From assembly GCA_943704415.1 (NCBI GenBank), contig CALSCO010001739.1:1-44273 (forward strand): 44,273 bases of DNA, in the 5' to 3' direction. The translations under genes and the position numbers were made by a program. Of the stretch, positions 23,489-37,379 are shown in pieces (within the stretch, counting starts at the first letter, position 1; each line of letters begins with the position of its first letter). This DNA is from Parvularia atlantis. Taxonomy: Eukaryota. The notes under the pieces were generated by a model. That model did no database searches, had not been told where the DNA came from, and saw only the letters and a list, made by a program, of their open reading frames with translations.

Positions 23489-25259
23489 TCAACAGCAGCA
23501 ACGAGGCGCCTTAGCGCCGAGCGACACGAACTTGCTCTACGCCGTGATTGGCCCGGGCACGCAGATCGGCCAGCAGCAGCGCGCGGCATCGCAGAGCTTC
23601 TCGAGCAACGCGGCTGGCGCCAGGCGCGCGGCATCCTCGGCCTCCCACGTCGGCACTCCCGACAGCGCCGCGTCGAGTTACGGATCAGAACACCAGCCGC
23701 ACTCGCCCCTCAAGGACCGGCGCAACTCGTCCATCACGCTCTCGGAGGTCTGGGACAGCACCGTGCGGGCGTCGCGCCGGATGAGCCGCCCTGGTCTCGG
23801 CCTGGGCGAAGACGCGTCGGTCGACCCGGCCTCGGTCTGGCAGCGGCGCTCGCGGCCGAGCAGCATCATCAGTCTCGACCTCGACCAGGACAGCGACCTC
23901 GACGGTGCGTCCGAGCTCGACCTGCCCATCTCGAGCGTCGTATCGACGCCGAGCCACTCGGACTCAAGCACACCCCTGCACGGTGCGCCCGCGGGCTACT
24001 TTGCCTTCTCCGGCGACGCCGCCGACGGCGCCGACGACGACGTCTTCTGCGCGCTCCTGTGCAACAAGCTCAACAGCCAGGTCGGGCAGTGCCCGCCCAA
24101 CTGCTCGTGCGGGCACGAGCGCGGCGACGCGCCGGCCAACGGCGTCAAGACCGAGGCCAGCTCGTCCGAGGACGATGCGGTCCTCGACCCGCTGGCGTCG
24201 CACATCGGCGTGATCTACCACCCGTCGCCGGCACACCCGGCCGGCGCCGTGGGCTTTGCGCACCACAAGAGCCTCTCGTTCCCGTCCCTGACCGCGCTGG
24301 ACGGGGCTGGTGCCAGCCCGCAGAGCTACGCACCGATCTCGCTCACGGCATTTGCCCAGCAGCGCACGACGTTCTACCCGATCGGCGCGGGCGGCTCGGT
24401 CCCGCAGCACCTGACGCACCTCTCGGCCATGTACAACGCGCACGCTGCCGCGGCTTCTGCCGCCGCCGGCGCCCCGCTCGACAGCCTGGACGAGCTGGAC
24501 GACAGCAGCACGTGGACGCCGAGCCTCGAGATGCTGTCGCCCGCGGCCGAGACGCTTAGCGCGGGCGGGCGCAAGCGCGGGCGCGTCGGCCGGCCCAAGG
24601 GCTCCAAGGGCAAGGCGAGCAAGTACGTTGCCGCGTCGGGCTCGCCGGGCATGGACGGCTACGGCGAGCTGGCTCCGGCGGACGAGGGCGAGGACGTCGT
24701 GACGATCGCGAACCGGCGGCCGCGCCCGGCCGTGCACCGCAGCAAGTCGTTCTCGGGCCTGACCCGCCGGCCCAGCAACGCCAGCAGCGTCGCCAGCAGC
24801 GGCGAGAGCGCGAGCGAGGGCGAGGGCGACGACGGCGAGCACGTGACCGAGTTCACTGCGCAGGCGCGCGAGATCGTCCGCTGGTGCGCCCGCCGGGTCG
24901 TGCCGCGCAGACGATCGGCCGCTGACGTGCGCGCGCGCAGGCTCAACGAGAATTTCCGCCTGCAGGCCAATGCGTTTGTCACGCGCAAGGACGTGTACCA
25001 GTTGTACATGGCCCAGGGTACGTTCGACAACATCAGCGCCTCGGGCTTTGGCAAGCTCGTGCGCACGGCCTTCCCCAAGCTGCGCTGCCGCCGGCTCGGC
25101 AAGCGCGGTGACTCGCGGTACGTGCCGCTCGCTCTGCGGCCTGTGACGAGGCTGACGCTGATGCGCGTGCGCAGGTACTGCTACTACGGCCTCACGTACG
25201 CGTCCGCGCCGCTCCCGCCGGGCGATCGCGGGCGGCACATGCGCATGAAGTCGTCGTGA
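23100..25259 (+). CDS. RFX winged-helix transcription factor with poly-Q and AT-hook; DNA-binding domain at the extreme C-terminus; 2 coding introns
   Basis: WLNENF...VTRKDVYQLY...SASGFGKLVRTAFPKLRCRRLGKRGDSRYCYYGL after removing introns 24884-24940 and 25118-25174. AT-hook-like KRGRVGRPKGSK. Confidence 0.92.
23350..23502 (+). repeat. CAG/CAA microsatellite encoding poly-Gln
   Basis: Long (CAG)n run within the RFX ORF. Confidence 0.95.
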
Positions 25260-25337
25260 GTCGTGAGTCGTGAGGAGGCCGCGGCGGGCAGACGCAGGAT
25301 GGCCAGAACAGAGTGTGGATAATGTAGCAAGAGACTA

Positions 25338-27996
25338 TCAGACGGCAGCCAACTGGCCCTCTGCGCGCGCGTTCGTCAGACGTAGCGCGAACAACAGACG
25401 TACGCACGCACCGGGCGACTCAAAGTCCACGTCGCGCGGCGGGATGACCCGCACCTTGTCAAAGTCCTTCATGACCTCCGGGCCGAGCTGCGCGGGCGGT
25501 CAGCGCGACCGCACAGCCGTGCGCACACACCTTCTCCACGAGCTTGGTCAGCTCGGCGATAAGGCGCTCGCGCTCCTGCTGCAGCTCTTTGGCCGAGTCG
25601 CGGCTGCGAGGGCGACGCACTGAGCGCCGACGAAGCGCACGGTGCGGGGCGGCGCACCCAAATAGGCTCAGCACGAGCGGCTTGAGCGAGCGCAGGATGC
25701 TCAGGCCCGTCTCGACAAAGCGCACGGTCAGGTACATGACGGGGAACAAGATTGTCGCAAACACGAGCGGGATCCAGATGCGGTACGCGACGTACGGCGA
25801 CGGGTAGTTCTGTTGCCGGTGAGCATGCCGGCCTCACACATGCGGTCGCGCGCACCAGGCCAATCTTGGCGGGGAAGACGGCAAAGATGAGCGTCACGAG
25901 CACGACCCAGGCGAGCCAGACGAGCGGGATGAGCACGAGCGCGACCATGAGCTTCCATGTCGCGAGCACGTCACGGCCTGCGATCTTGACGGACGACGCT
26001 GTGGGGGCACAAACGAATGAGCACAGCAGCGTGTGCACGCGCGAGAGCAAGGCGTGCCCTTCACGGCCTCGACCGCCTTGCGCTGCGCGATGCGCTTGGC
26101 TATGACGGCGATTGGGAAGGTCACAACCAGGCCCGGCAGCGCCGACAGCGTGAGCACGACGAGCAGCAGCGACCGCTCACTGTGTCAGCGACACGCGCGT
26201 AAGGACGAGCGGCCGGGCGGCTGGGTGCGCGCACAGCAGCATGAAGAGCGCCACGAGCCGGTTCATGCGCAGCTTCGGGATCTGGTGGTCGCGCAGGTCA
26301 AACTCGCGCAGGGTGCGGTTGTACGCGGCCAGTTCGGCCTGGATCGCCACGACTTCCGGCCGTTCCTTGACGGCCTTGAGGCCCTGCGCGCGACGCGGCT
26401 CAGCGGTCGCTGGCGTTCGCGCCCTCTGTGGCCTGCGCGTGCCTCGGTGAAGTGGCGCGTCAGCTGCAGCTTCTGGTCGACCGTGAGGCGGACGTCGTCG
26501 GGCTTGTACAGACGTCTGCGCAGGTCGATCGTGTGAGCCAGCTGCACACGACAGTGGCTGTGCCAGCACCGTGCGAGGCGCGCCAGCTGCAGCGTCTGGT
26601 AGTCTGGAGCCTGGACGGTCACGCTGCGTAGCGCAGCGTCGACCTGTGCAGCCCCGGTCAGCGGCACGGGAGAAGTGGCAACGAGAGCGGTCGTCGTGCC
26701 TGCTCGAGTAGCTTGGAGCACGCGCCGCGTCGGTCCGCGCCGCCACGCTTGTACGCTTCAACGAGCCTGCCGGTGCGTCCGTGTGAGCAGCGAGCGTCTG
26801 CATACACCGGGCCCGCGCGCGCACTCGGGCGTGACGTCGAGGGCGTCGCCAAACTCGACGTAGGCCGTCGAGCGGAACCGGTGCGGCCGGAAGTAGTTGA
26901 GGCCGACGGGGACGATCTTGAGCGCCATGTCTGGGTACTTGGCCATCGCGCCCTGCGCCGTGCACGCTCAGCCAGAGCCGTGCACGCGCCAGGCATACAA
27001 CGCCGCACCAGGGCCATGACTGTGAAGCCGGCCTTGAGCGGCAGCAGCGTCGTGCGGTCGTGCGAGCCGCCCTCGGGGAAGATGCCGACGGCGCCGCCGG
27101 CACGGAGGATGTCGTACACCTGCACGGGCGCGCGCGGCTCGGTGCGGACACCCGCGATGCTCAAGCGCACAACGCCTGCACCTTGTCGTACACGCCCGAC
27201 TGGTCGATTTTGGGCATGAGCTTGTACTTGGTCGGCTCGGTGATGGGCGCGGCCAGGCCTGGCGCGCGCAGGACGAGCTCGGTGTCAGACGTGACCTCGG
27301 CGATGACGTACGTCTGCGCTCGGGTGCGGCGCGGCTGAGTGCGACGCGTCCTTGTGGCGGCGCGCGCGTGGCGCGGCACCTCGCCCGCGACCAAGATCGA
27401 CATATCGCGGTCGGCGCCGACGTCGGTCGAGAAGCGCGTGCCGATGCCGTGGACGTGCGTGCCGCTGCCCTCGATCGTGCCGACGCCCTGCGCGCCGCGC
27501 GCGCGCGCGCGCAGCATCAGCACACTGCACGCAGGCGGCGGCGGCACCGGTGCGCGCCTTGATGGCCATGTCCTGTGGCCGCTCGACGGGGATGCTGTTG
27601 AGCAGGGCCGCGAGCGTGCCGACAAAGCGCCGGCGCATCGACACGGCCGCGGCCAGGAAGCCGACGGGGCGCCCGCAGTGCTTCATGACCATGAGCGGGT
27701 CGACAAACTGCGGGCGCCGCCGCGCGATCAGGCGTCGCCCCCAATCGCCTCGCCGTTGCCCGCACCTGGTTCGCGTGCGGGCCGCACACGAAGATGACCG
27801 GGCCGTTTGGGATCTTGTCGTCGCCAAACGCGCCCGTCTCGCGGAAGAACAGGCTGAGCGCGAACGAGAGCGTGCGCAGCACGATCCAGCGGCCCTGGTG
27901 CGGCGGCGGCGGTGGCGCGCGTGTTGGCTGGTTGCGAGGCGGGGTTGCGAGGTGGGGTTGCGAGGTGGGGTTCGCGCGCACCACGCGGAGAAGCAT
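25338..27996 (-). CDS. Glycerol-3-phosphate/DHAP acyltransferase of the SCT1/GPT2 type
   Basis: [46 protein letters not shown] and [15 protein letters not shown]. Confidence 0.92.
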
Positions 27997-28072
27997 CGTG
28001 ACGGCAGTGCTTGCTCGCTTCTACATGTGGTACTTAGGGGGCCCTACACACGCCCGCGCACGGCCGCGCCGG

Positions 28073-30366
28073 TCACGAGAGTAACTGCGAGCTCGAGTTC
28101 TGCTGCTGCAGCGAGAGCATGCTCGCATCGGCGCCACCACCGCCGCCCATGCCGTCGTAGTCGTCCTCGACCGACGACGCCTGCAGCAGGTACCCGTTGG
28201 ACGAGGCGGGCCTGCGTGCGCGTGACCGTGTCAGGCGGCTGCAGGCGGCAAGCGCACTGTGGACGCACGTGATCGCGATGCTGACGATGCCGGCCTCGTC
28301 GTCCGCGAGGTGCACGACGCCCGACCCGACCACAGTCTCGTGGCCCTGCTTGACGCGCGCCTTGGCCTTGGACGCCTGGGCGCACATGTGAGACACTGCC
28401 CGCAGCAGCACCACGCACGCTCGCACGTACCTCAAGCGACCAGTCGAGCCGCCACACGATCACGTAGTAGCCGGCCGCGATCACGATCAGCGCCAAGCTC
28501 AGGCCCCACCACAGCCCAAACAGGCCGAGCTCGACGTGGAACGCGAGGTAGTAGCCAAGCGGCAAGCCGACGACGTAGAAACCCACAAAGTTGAAGATGG
28601 CGCCGATGTTTTGCTTGCCCGCGCCGCGGATGATGCCCGCGCCGATCTGTGTGTGCGTATGAGGCGGACGGCTCGCTCGGGCACGCCGCGCACCGCCTGG
28701 GCGCCGTCGAAGAACGCAAACAGGCTGTAGATCATCAGCACGCTCCCGGCCAGGCCGACCACGTCCGGGTCCTTCGAGAACATGTAGCTGCGGGCACCGC
28801 GGTCAGCCACGGTATGCGCGCCAGCGACGGCGGGAGGGCGCGCACCCCCAGTCGCTGTGGATGATCAGGATGAGCAGCGCGGCAAAGAGCGACGTCGCGC
28901 AGCCGATGAGCGTGCCGATGAACGCGGCAAGCTTGGCTGTCGTGCGCGCGCGCGCACAGGTCAGCGTGCGCTGAGACATGCGACGGCCACGGCGCCCGCA
29001 CCCGCGCCGATGTTGCCCGCGCCGAGCGCGTTGCCCACGCGCACGTTGGTCGCGATGGCCACGCCAAACGTGAGCATGAAGAGCAGCGACGCGGTCGAGA
29101 GCACGACCGTCTGCGCGGCCAGGGCGATCTCGCCCATCAGGCCCGCGAGCAACGCGACGACCTCAAAGGCCCACCACTCGTTGCTGCGCGCGTGTGGCGT
29201 CAGGCGCAGGGCAAGCACGCGCACAGCCGGCCGACGCGCGCACAGCAGCATGATCATGCCCGGCACGCCAAAGCGGAAGAACTGGGGCCAGTCGTGCAGC
29301 GCCTTCCACGACAGGCCGTACCACGTGTTCTTATACAGGCCGCGCCAGTAGACGATCGCCCTGGCGGCACCACTCGCGTGAGCACGGTCGGCGCCGCGCC
29401 CGCACGCCCGCACGCGCACCACGCCGACAGCGGCAGCGACATCATCGCCGCGCTCAGGGCCATGGGCGCGCCCGCGAAGCCAAACCCAAAGACGTAGATG
29501 AACAGGTACGAGCACAGGATGTTGATGGCCGTGCCGATGGCCATCGAGGCCATGGGCACCCACATGATGCCTGCGCGCGCGCACGCGACCGCACCGCCGT
29601 GCATCAGCGAGGCACGCGGTCTCCGTCGCCGTCGCGGCCACACCCTGGTTCGTCAGGTACTTTTTCCAGCACTCGAAGACGAGCACAAACGGCAGCGCGG
29701 GCAGGTACAGCCGCGTGAACTGCGCCGCGAGCTCGGCGATCTCAGGCTCCTGGCCGAACGCGACCAGGATCGGGTAGGTCGAGAGCCAGACGGCGCCGAT
29801 GGGCAGGCACAGGAGCAGCTCGATGAGCATGCCGCGCTGGAAGATGACGCCGACGAGGGGCGAGCGGTCGTCGTGGCCGAACGCCTGCGAGATGAGCGTG
29901 TCCATCGCCGTGGCCATGCCGAAGCCGATCGACAGGCCAGTCACGTTGCAGTACATGTTGCCGAGCGCGACCGCGGCGAGCTCGCGCGCGCCGCCCCACT
30001 GGCCGATGGCGAGGGTGATGATCTGCACGCTTGCGGCGTCAGCGCTGCTGCTGCGGCATGTGCACTGGGCGCGCGCACCATGCCTTGGAACATCTGCAGC
30101 AGGTACGCCGCCGTGTTGGGCACGGCCAGCCTGCCCATGGCCCACAGCTCCGCTGCTGACGTCGCGCGCGACCAGGGCATGCGCGTGCTGCCGTTCACGG
30201 GCGCCTCGTCCTGTCCGCCCAGCTCCATCACAGCCGCGCTGCCATCCGCGTCAGGCCCGCCGTCCGCCTCGGCGCCCGCCAGCGCCATCTCGAGCAGCTC
30301 GCTCGTGGCCTCGTCGTCGTCCGCGTGGCGCAACGAGTTGTCGCGCCGCGCGGCAAGTGGCGTCAT
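28073..30366 (-). CDS. MATE (SLC47-like) multidrug/toxin efflux transporter
   Basis: ELAAVALG, GMATAMDTLISQAFG, EWWAFEV, NVRVGNALGAG and FYVVGLPLG...GLFGLWWG. Confidence 0.93.
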
Positions 30367-30410
30367 TGTGTGACGGCTCGAGTGTCGAAGGCAAATCGTG
30401 ACACGAGAGA

Positions 30411-32064
30411 TCACACAAAGATCTCGTCCAGCACACGCCCGTCCAGCGGCGACGTCGCCAGCGACAGGCCAAGCAGCTGCGCGATCGTTGGCGCGATGTC
30501 GACCAGGCTCATAGCGCCGATCTTGGCGCCGCGCCGCACGCCGTAGCCGCTTGCGACAAACGACGCGCGCAGCTCCGGGTAGGTGAACGGCGTGTGGCCG
30601 TGGATGCCGCGCAGGACGATCGGCGTCGACAGCGAGCCCGAGATCGAGCCGCTCAGCGTCGTGCCGACCTCGGCCTCGAGCACGACGAACGCGCCGCGCC
30701 AGCCGCCGAGCGCCTCGACCTCGGCGCCGAACCACGCCCGCGCCACGCCGTAGTCGCCGCGCAGGAGGATGCCGACGATCTCGGTCACCTCGGCCTTGGT
30801 CGCGACATCGTTCTCGTCGGCAACGTAGATCGCGAGGCTGTGCACATGTGGGGGGTCAACATGCGTTTGGGCGAGGCGGGGCGCTGGCGGGGCGCGTGCC
30901 TGCCCGACGCCGCGTACGGGTACGCCTTCCACGGCTGCTGCGTGAGGCCGCGCTCAGTCAGGAGCACGCCGGGCGCGGTCTGGCGCGTGACGTTGACGAA
31001 GCTGTTGCAGCGCCACTGCTGAGCCGCGCCAAACCGACACGTGCGGGCGGCGCGCGCACCCGTGGTCGCTGACGACGATGATGGTCGACTGGTTGCGCAC
31101 GCCTGCGCGGTCAATCGCGTCGACGATGCGGCCCAGGTGCGCGTCTTGCTCCTCGAGCGCCTCGAGCGCGGCGTCGCTAAACACGCCGTAGCTGTGCTGC
31201 GCCGCGTCCAGCTCCGAGATGTGCACGGCGGTCAGGCGCTGCGGGCCTGCGGCGATGAACGCCTCGGCCAGGACGACGCGCTCGACGTCGCCGATGTTGT
31301 CAAAGTCGGCCGGGCCGCGGATGACGCTGTGCATGGCTCAGGGGCGGCGGGCGCACGCGCGAGCAGACGCGGCAACGCACTCGGAGATCGGGCCGCGGCA
31401 GCAGCCGTCGAGCAGGTACAGCAGCTCCTGCTCGTCGCGGCCGAAGGCTGCCGCGACGCGTTTCTCAGCATGCAGCCACGGCACACGCTCGTGCGCATAC
31501 CGTCCGGCACGTTGAAGTCGAGCGACGGGCCGCAGCTCGTCGGCCAGTTGACGCCCGACACGCTCACGCCCTGGCGCTTGGCCGCGCGGAAGATCGTGTC
31601 AGCCTCGATGTCGTACTCAAAGTAGTAGCCGCCGCGGCCCTGCACGCGTCGCGTTAGGCCGTGCCGTGCCGTGCCGCACCGCGCTCGAGGCCGCCCGATG
31701 CGCGCACCACGCCCTCGGGATCAAACTTGCTGTTGTAGAGCACGCCGTGGCGGTTCGGCACGACGCCCGAGATCATCGACGTGTGCGACTGCGTCGGCGG
31801 GTGTCAGACGGGCAGACGGCCAGCATGCAGGCGCGCGCGCACCGGGTAGGTCACGGCCGGCGTCACGGTGAACGCGCCGTCTGCCAGGACGCCATCGGCG
31901 ATGAGCGCGCGCAGGTTGGGGATGCGCGCGCCGAGCTCGTCCGCGCGCAGCAGGTAGTCAGCACGCAGGCCGTCGATCGACACGAGGAAGACGTAGTTCT
32001 GCTGGGCGCGGGCCGCGCCGGCCGCGAGCACGGCCGCGAGGACGACGACCGCAAGGACGCGCAT
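30411..32064 (-). CDS. Secreted nucleotide pyrophosphatase/phosphodiesterase (alkaline phosphatase superfamily)
   Basis: Signal peptide, LVSIDGLRADY, AVTYPSHTSMISG (catalytic Thr), LDAAQHSYG, IIVVSDHG, GIHG and VDIAPTIAQLLG. Confidence 0.9.
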
Positions 32065-32147
32065 TGAGTGACACCAAAACGCGCCAATCAGGACGCGACG
32101 CATCGCCACGTGGCATGCGTCACTTTGTGCTCACGCCGTGTCGCGCG

Positions 32148-34170
<2,023 letters not shown>

Positions 34171-34239
34171 CCCGCACGCCACTTCATGCATCGCAACCCT
34201 ATGTGTGTACCGTTTTTGTACAACCAACCGTTTCTTGCT

Positions 34240-36885
34240 TCACGCAGTCAGCGGCAGGATCTGCATGCACACAGTCAGCACGTGCGCTTCGTGCAGGCGG
34301 CGGAGCGCGCACCTCGGAGACGGTCACGATCGTGTCCTGGAAGATCTTGTACAGCCAGTACGGGTCCTCGCAGCAGTGGTGCGTCGGCACGGTCGTCGCG
34401 CGGATGATCTCGTCCTGCGTGCCCGGTGCGGGCGGTGTAGTGGCGCAACGGCGGCGTGCGTGCGCACGCGCACCTGCTTGGCCTTGGGCAGCTCGCGCAG
34501 GCCGCCCATGAGCCGGTGCCGGTCCGGGTGCCCGATCGTCTTGTCTTCGTGCTTATTCTGCACGGGCGCGCTCAGCAGTGCCGGTGTGCGGCACGGCAGC
34601 ACCGCCCGCACCTCCCACGCCGTGTAGCGCAGGTTCATGCCCGGCAGGTTGGCCATGGTCTTGTACGGCGTGTAGTTGTTGGACGGGACCGCGTGCGGGT
34701 ACAGCTCGATCACCTGCGTCGCCGCGTCAGAACGGAATGTGCTGCCGTGCGCGGGCGCGCCTTGGCGTTCTCGGGCATGAACATGCACAGGATGAGGATC
34801 GAGCCGTGCATGCCGATGGCGATGCGCGCGTGCCGCACGATGTTGACGATCTGCGCGGCGCCGCATCAGCCGGTGCACACGTGCAAAGACCCGGCGCGCG
34901 CACCTGCCACAGGCTGAGCGTCTCGAGGCGCGCAAAGCCCACGCGGCTGCCCGGCTGCTGCGCCTCCAGCGCGCCCTTGAGCTCGCCCTCGTTCACGATC
35001 AGGCGGTTGAGCGTGCGCGAAAAGATGACGATGTCGAGCGGGTCTGTGCGCGTGTCAGCCACGACACCGCATGGACCGATGCGCGCCCACCCGCCGCCTG
35101 CTGCCGCGTGCGTTCGGCGTAGCGTGCAAAGCGCTCGTACAGAAAGTCGGCCATGAGACGAACGTCCTTGCCCGAGACAGACTGCGCGTGCGCGCGCGCG
35201 CGCGCGTTGCATGTCAAGCGTCGCGCGCTGCGGACTGGTTACTGCACACGCGCACCTTGCCCGGGATCGGGCCCTGCGGCCGCCCAAAGCCATACTGGTA
35301 CCAGTTGGCGCGGCGCGACATGCCGACGACCGCGACCTCGAAGCACATGACAGTCCCGGGCTCGAGCTCGCCGTGGTGCACGGGCTTGCGGTCGCTCAGC
35401 AGGCTCAGGAAGATCTTGTAGTCGCCCGCGGCGTGGTCGTCGAGCACGATCACGCTGCGCCGTGCGTGTGAGCGCGTCGGCAGCCGCCCGCGCGCACGTG
35501 GCACGCACCGGTTGTCAGTGTCGATCGTCCACGGCTCGACCGGCCGGCTGTGGCGCTCGGTGTATTCAAACATGTTGAAGAACATGCCCGTGATGTCGTC
35601 GTGCAGCACGTGCATGATGTTGTACGGCAGGAAGCGGTAAATGAAGTAGCTCGTGCCCGACGCGAAGCGCGCCTTCTCGTCCGCGTCGGGCAGGTTCTGC
35701 ACGACTTTCAGGTTAAACGCGGAGATGCCCGTAACCTGCGCGCCGTTCGTCAGAACGCCCGCCTCACGCCCTCACGCACACTGCGCACCGAGCAGTGGTC
35801 CGATACGCTAAACAGGGTGTCGCCGACCTTGGTGCTGATGCCCTGGACGTCGTCGGGACTGTCGATCTGCACGAGAAACTCACGCGTGTCGACCTTGTAG
35901 AATAGGTTCTCGATGCGGCACACGCTGTGCACCGGCGTCGGCGCCCCTCGCACGCCGCGTACAGCCGCACGCACCGGTTCTCGCGCGACGCGCCCATGCA
36001 GCTCACCTTGGAGCGCAGCTGACGCAGCGGCACTGCGGGCTGCACGAACGTCTCATCGTCGCGCAGGTGTGGCGGCATCGCCTTGGCCTGTCCAGCGCGG
36101 GTGAGCCGCGCGTACGCGAGACTGGGACCGACACACGACGCACCGGGTACACGTCGTTCGCCAGCGGCCCGCCGCACAGCATCTCGGCGTCAGCCAGACA
36201 CATGGTCCCGCACGCCTTTGGTGCGGTCAGCACAGACACGCACGCGCACGGTGGCCGCGCACCGTGCTGTGCCCGTGCCGCCCGTACGAGTTGCCACACC
36301 AGCACTCGCCGCCGTCCTGCAGCCCCGCGTACTGGAAGCCCTTGAGCGCGCAGCGGTGCATGCACCGCGCTGGCGTCGCCGACGGCATCCCGCGCTGGTA
36401 CTCGGACAGGTCGCGCGCACCAAAGTCGTCCTTGAAGCAGCCGATGCGCAGCTGCCCCCCGCGCGCACCGTCACGGCCGCGGCCAAGGCGATCGGCGTGC
36501 GCACGGCACGCACCTTGCTCAGCGGCGCCTCGGTCGGCCCGGCCGCCGTCGCCGCCACCGTCGTCGCCGCCACCGTCGTGACCTCAGCCGCCGCCGTTGC
36601 GCCGTGCGCCGTCTCGTGGTGCCGCGCCAGCTCAGACTCGAGCTGCTGCACGCGCTGCGACAGTTCCTCGACCCTGCGCACGCCGCGCATCGGCCATCGC
36701 CACGCGTGCGCACGCGCGCGACCGCACCGCACGCGGTCGTAGCCCTCCGACGGCAGCATCACGAAGAACGTCGCGCTCGCGCCCAGCAGCAGCTGCGCAC
36801 ATCGGTCAGCGCGAGGGAGGCGTCGTGGGCCTGGGGCGGCAAGGCGCACCAGCAGGAGCGCAGCAGCGAGCACGCCCAGGCGCAT
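34240..36885 (-). CDS. POMGNT2: POMGNT2-like GT61 glycosyltransferase with a WSC domain in the stem
   Basis: YNIMHVLHDDI, WYQYGF, IGMHGSILI, ELYPHAVPSNNYTPYKTMANLPGMNLRYTAW and HHCCEDPYWLYKIFQDTIV match recalled POMGNT2 motifs. The WSC domain reads GCFKD...CMHRCALKGFQYAGLQDGGECWCGN...CGG. Confidence 0.88.
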
Positions 36886-37017
36886 CCCGCCAGCCTGAAG
36901 GGTTGGATCAGACAACTTTTAAAGTGTATGTACCTATAGATCACTTTGTGCGCACATTTCGTCGATTTCGTTTCGAGTCGCGCACGCGGCGAAAGGCGCA
37001 CCGTAACTGCTGGGCAC

Positions 37018-37344
37018 ATGGTCCAGCGCCGCCCCCTCACGCCCATCACTACCGCCGCCGCCGCCGGCAACAACGCGCGCGCGGTGCCGAACACTGGCAA
37101 CCAGCACGTGTCGGCGCGGGAGCGTCGTCGATCTGAAACGGGTGAAAACGCCGACCCCGCGGCCCTCGCCACCCCACCGCCCACCTACGAGGACGCGATT
37201 GGCCGAGACTACCTGCCCGAGTACAACGAGGTGCCCCTCTGCAGGCAATACTACGCCCCGACGCGTGGTCCGGGCCATCACCCGGCTCCGCAGAGCTGCC
37301 CGAACTGCGGCGGCCACCTCCCGGAAGGGTGCACCTGTCAGTAA
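37018..37344 (+). CDS. Small intronless hypothetical protein (108 aa) with PPxY/LPxY motifs and a Cys-rich C-terminus
   Basis: The ORF fills the gap between POMGNT2 and MNAT1 and contains PPPTYED, LPEYNE and CPNCGGHLPEGCTC. Confidence 0.5.
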   Translation: MVQRRPLTPITTAAAAGNNARAVPNTGNQHVSARERRRSETGENADPAALATPPPTYEDAIGRDYLPEYNEVPLCRQYYAPTRGPGHHPAPQSCPNCGGHLPEGCTCQ

Positions 37345-37379
37345 ACCTCAATGTCGTGTTCGTGCCCCCCGCACGCGTC

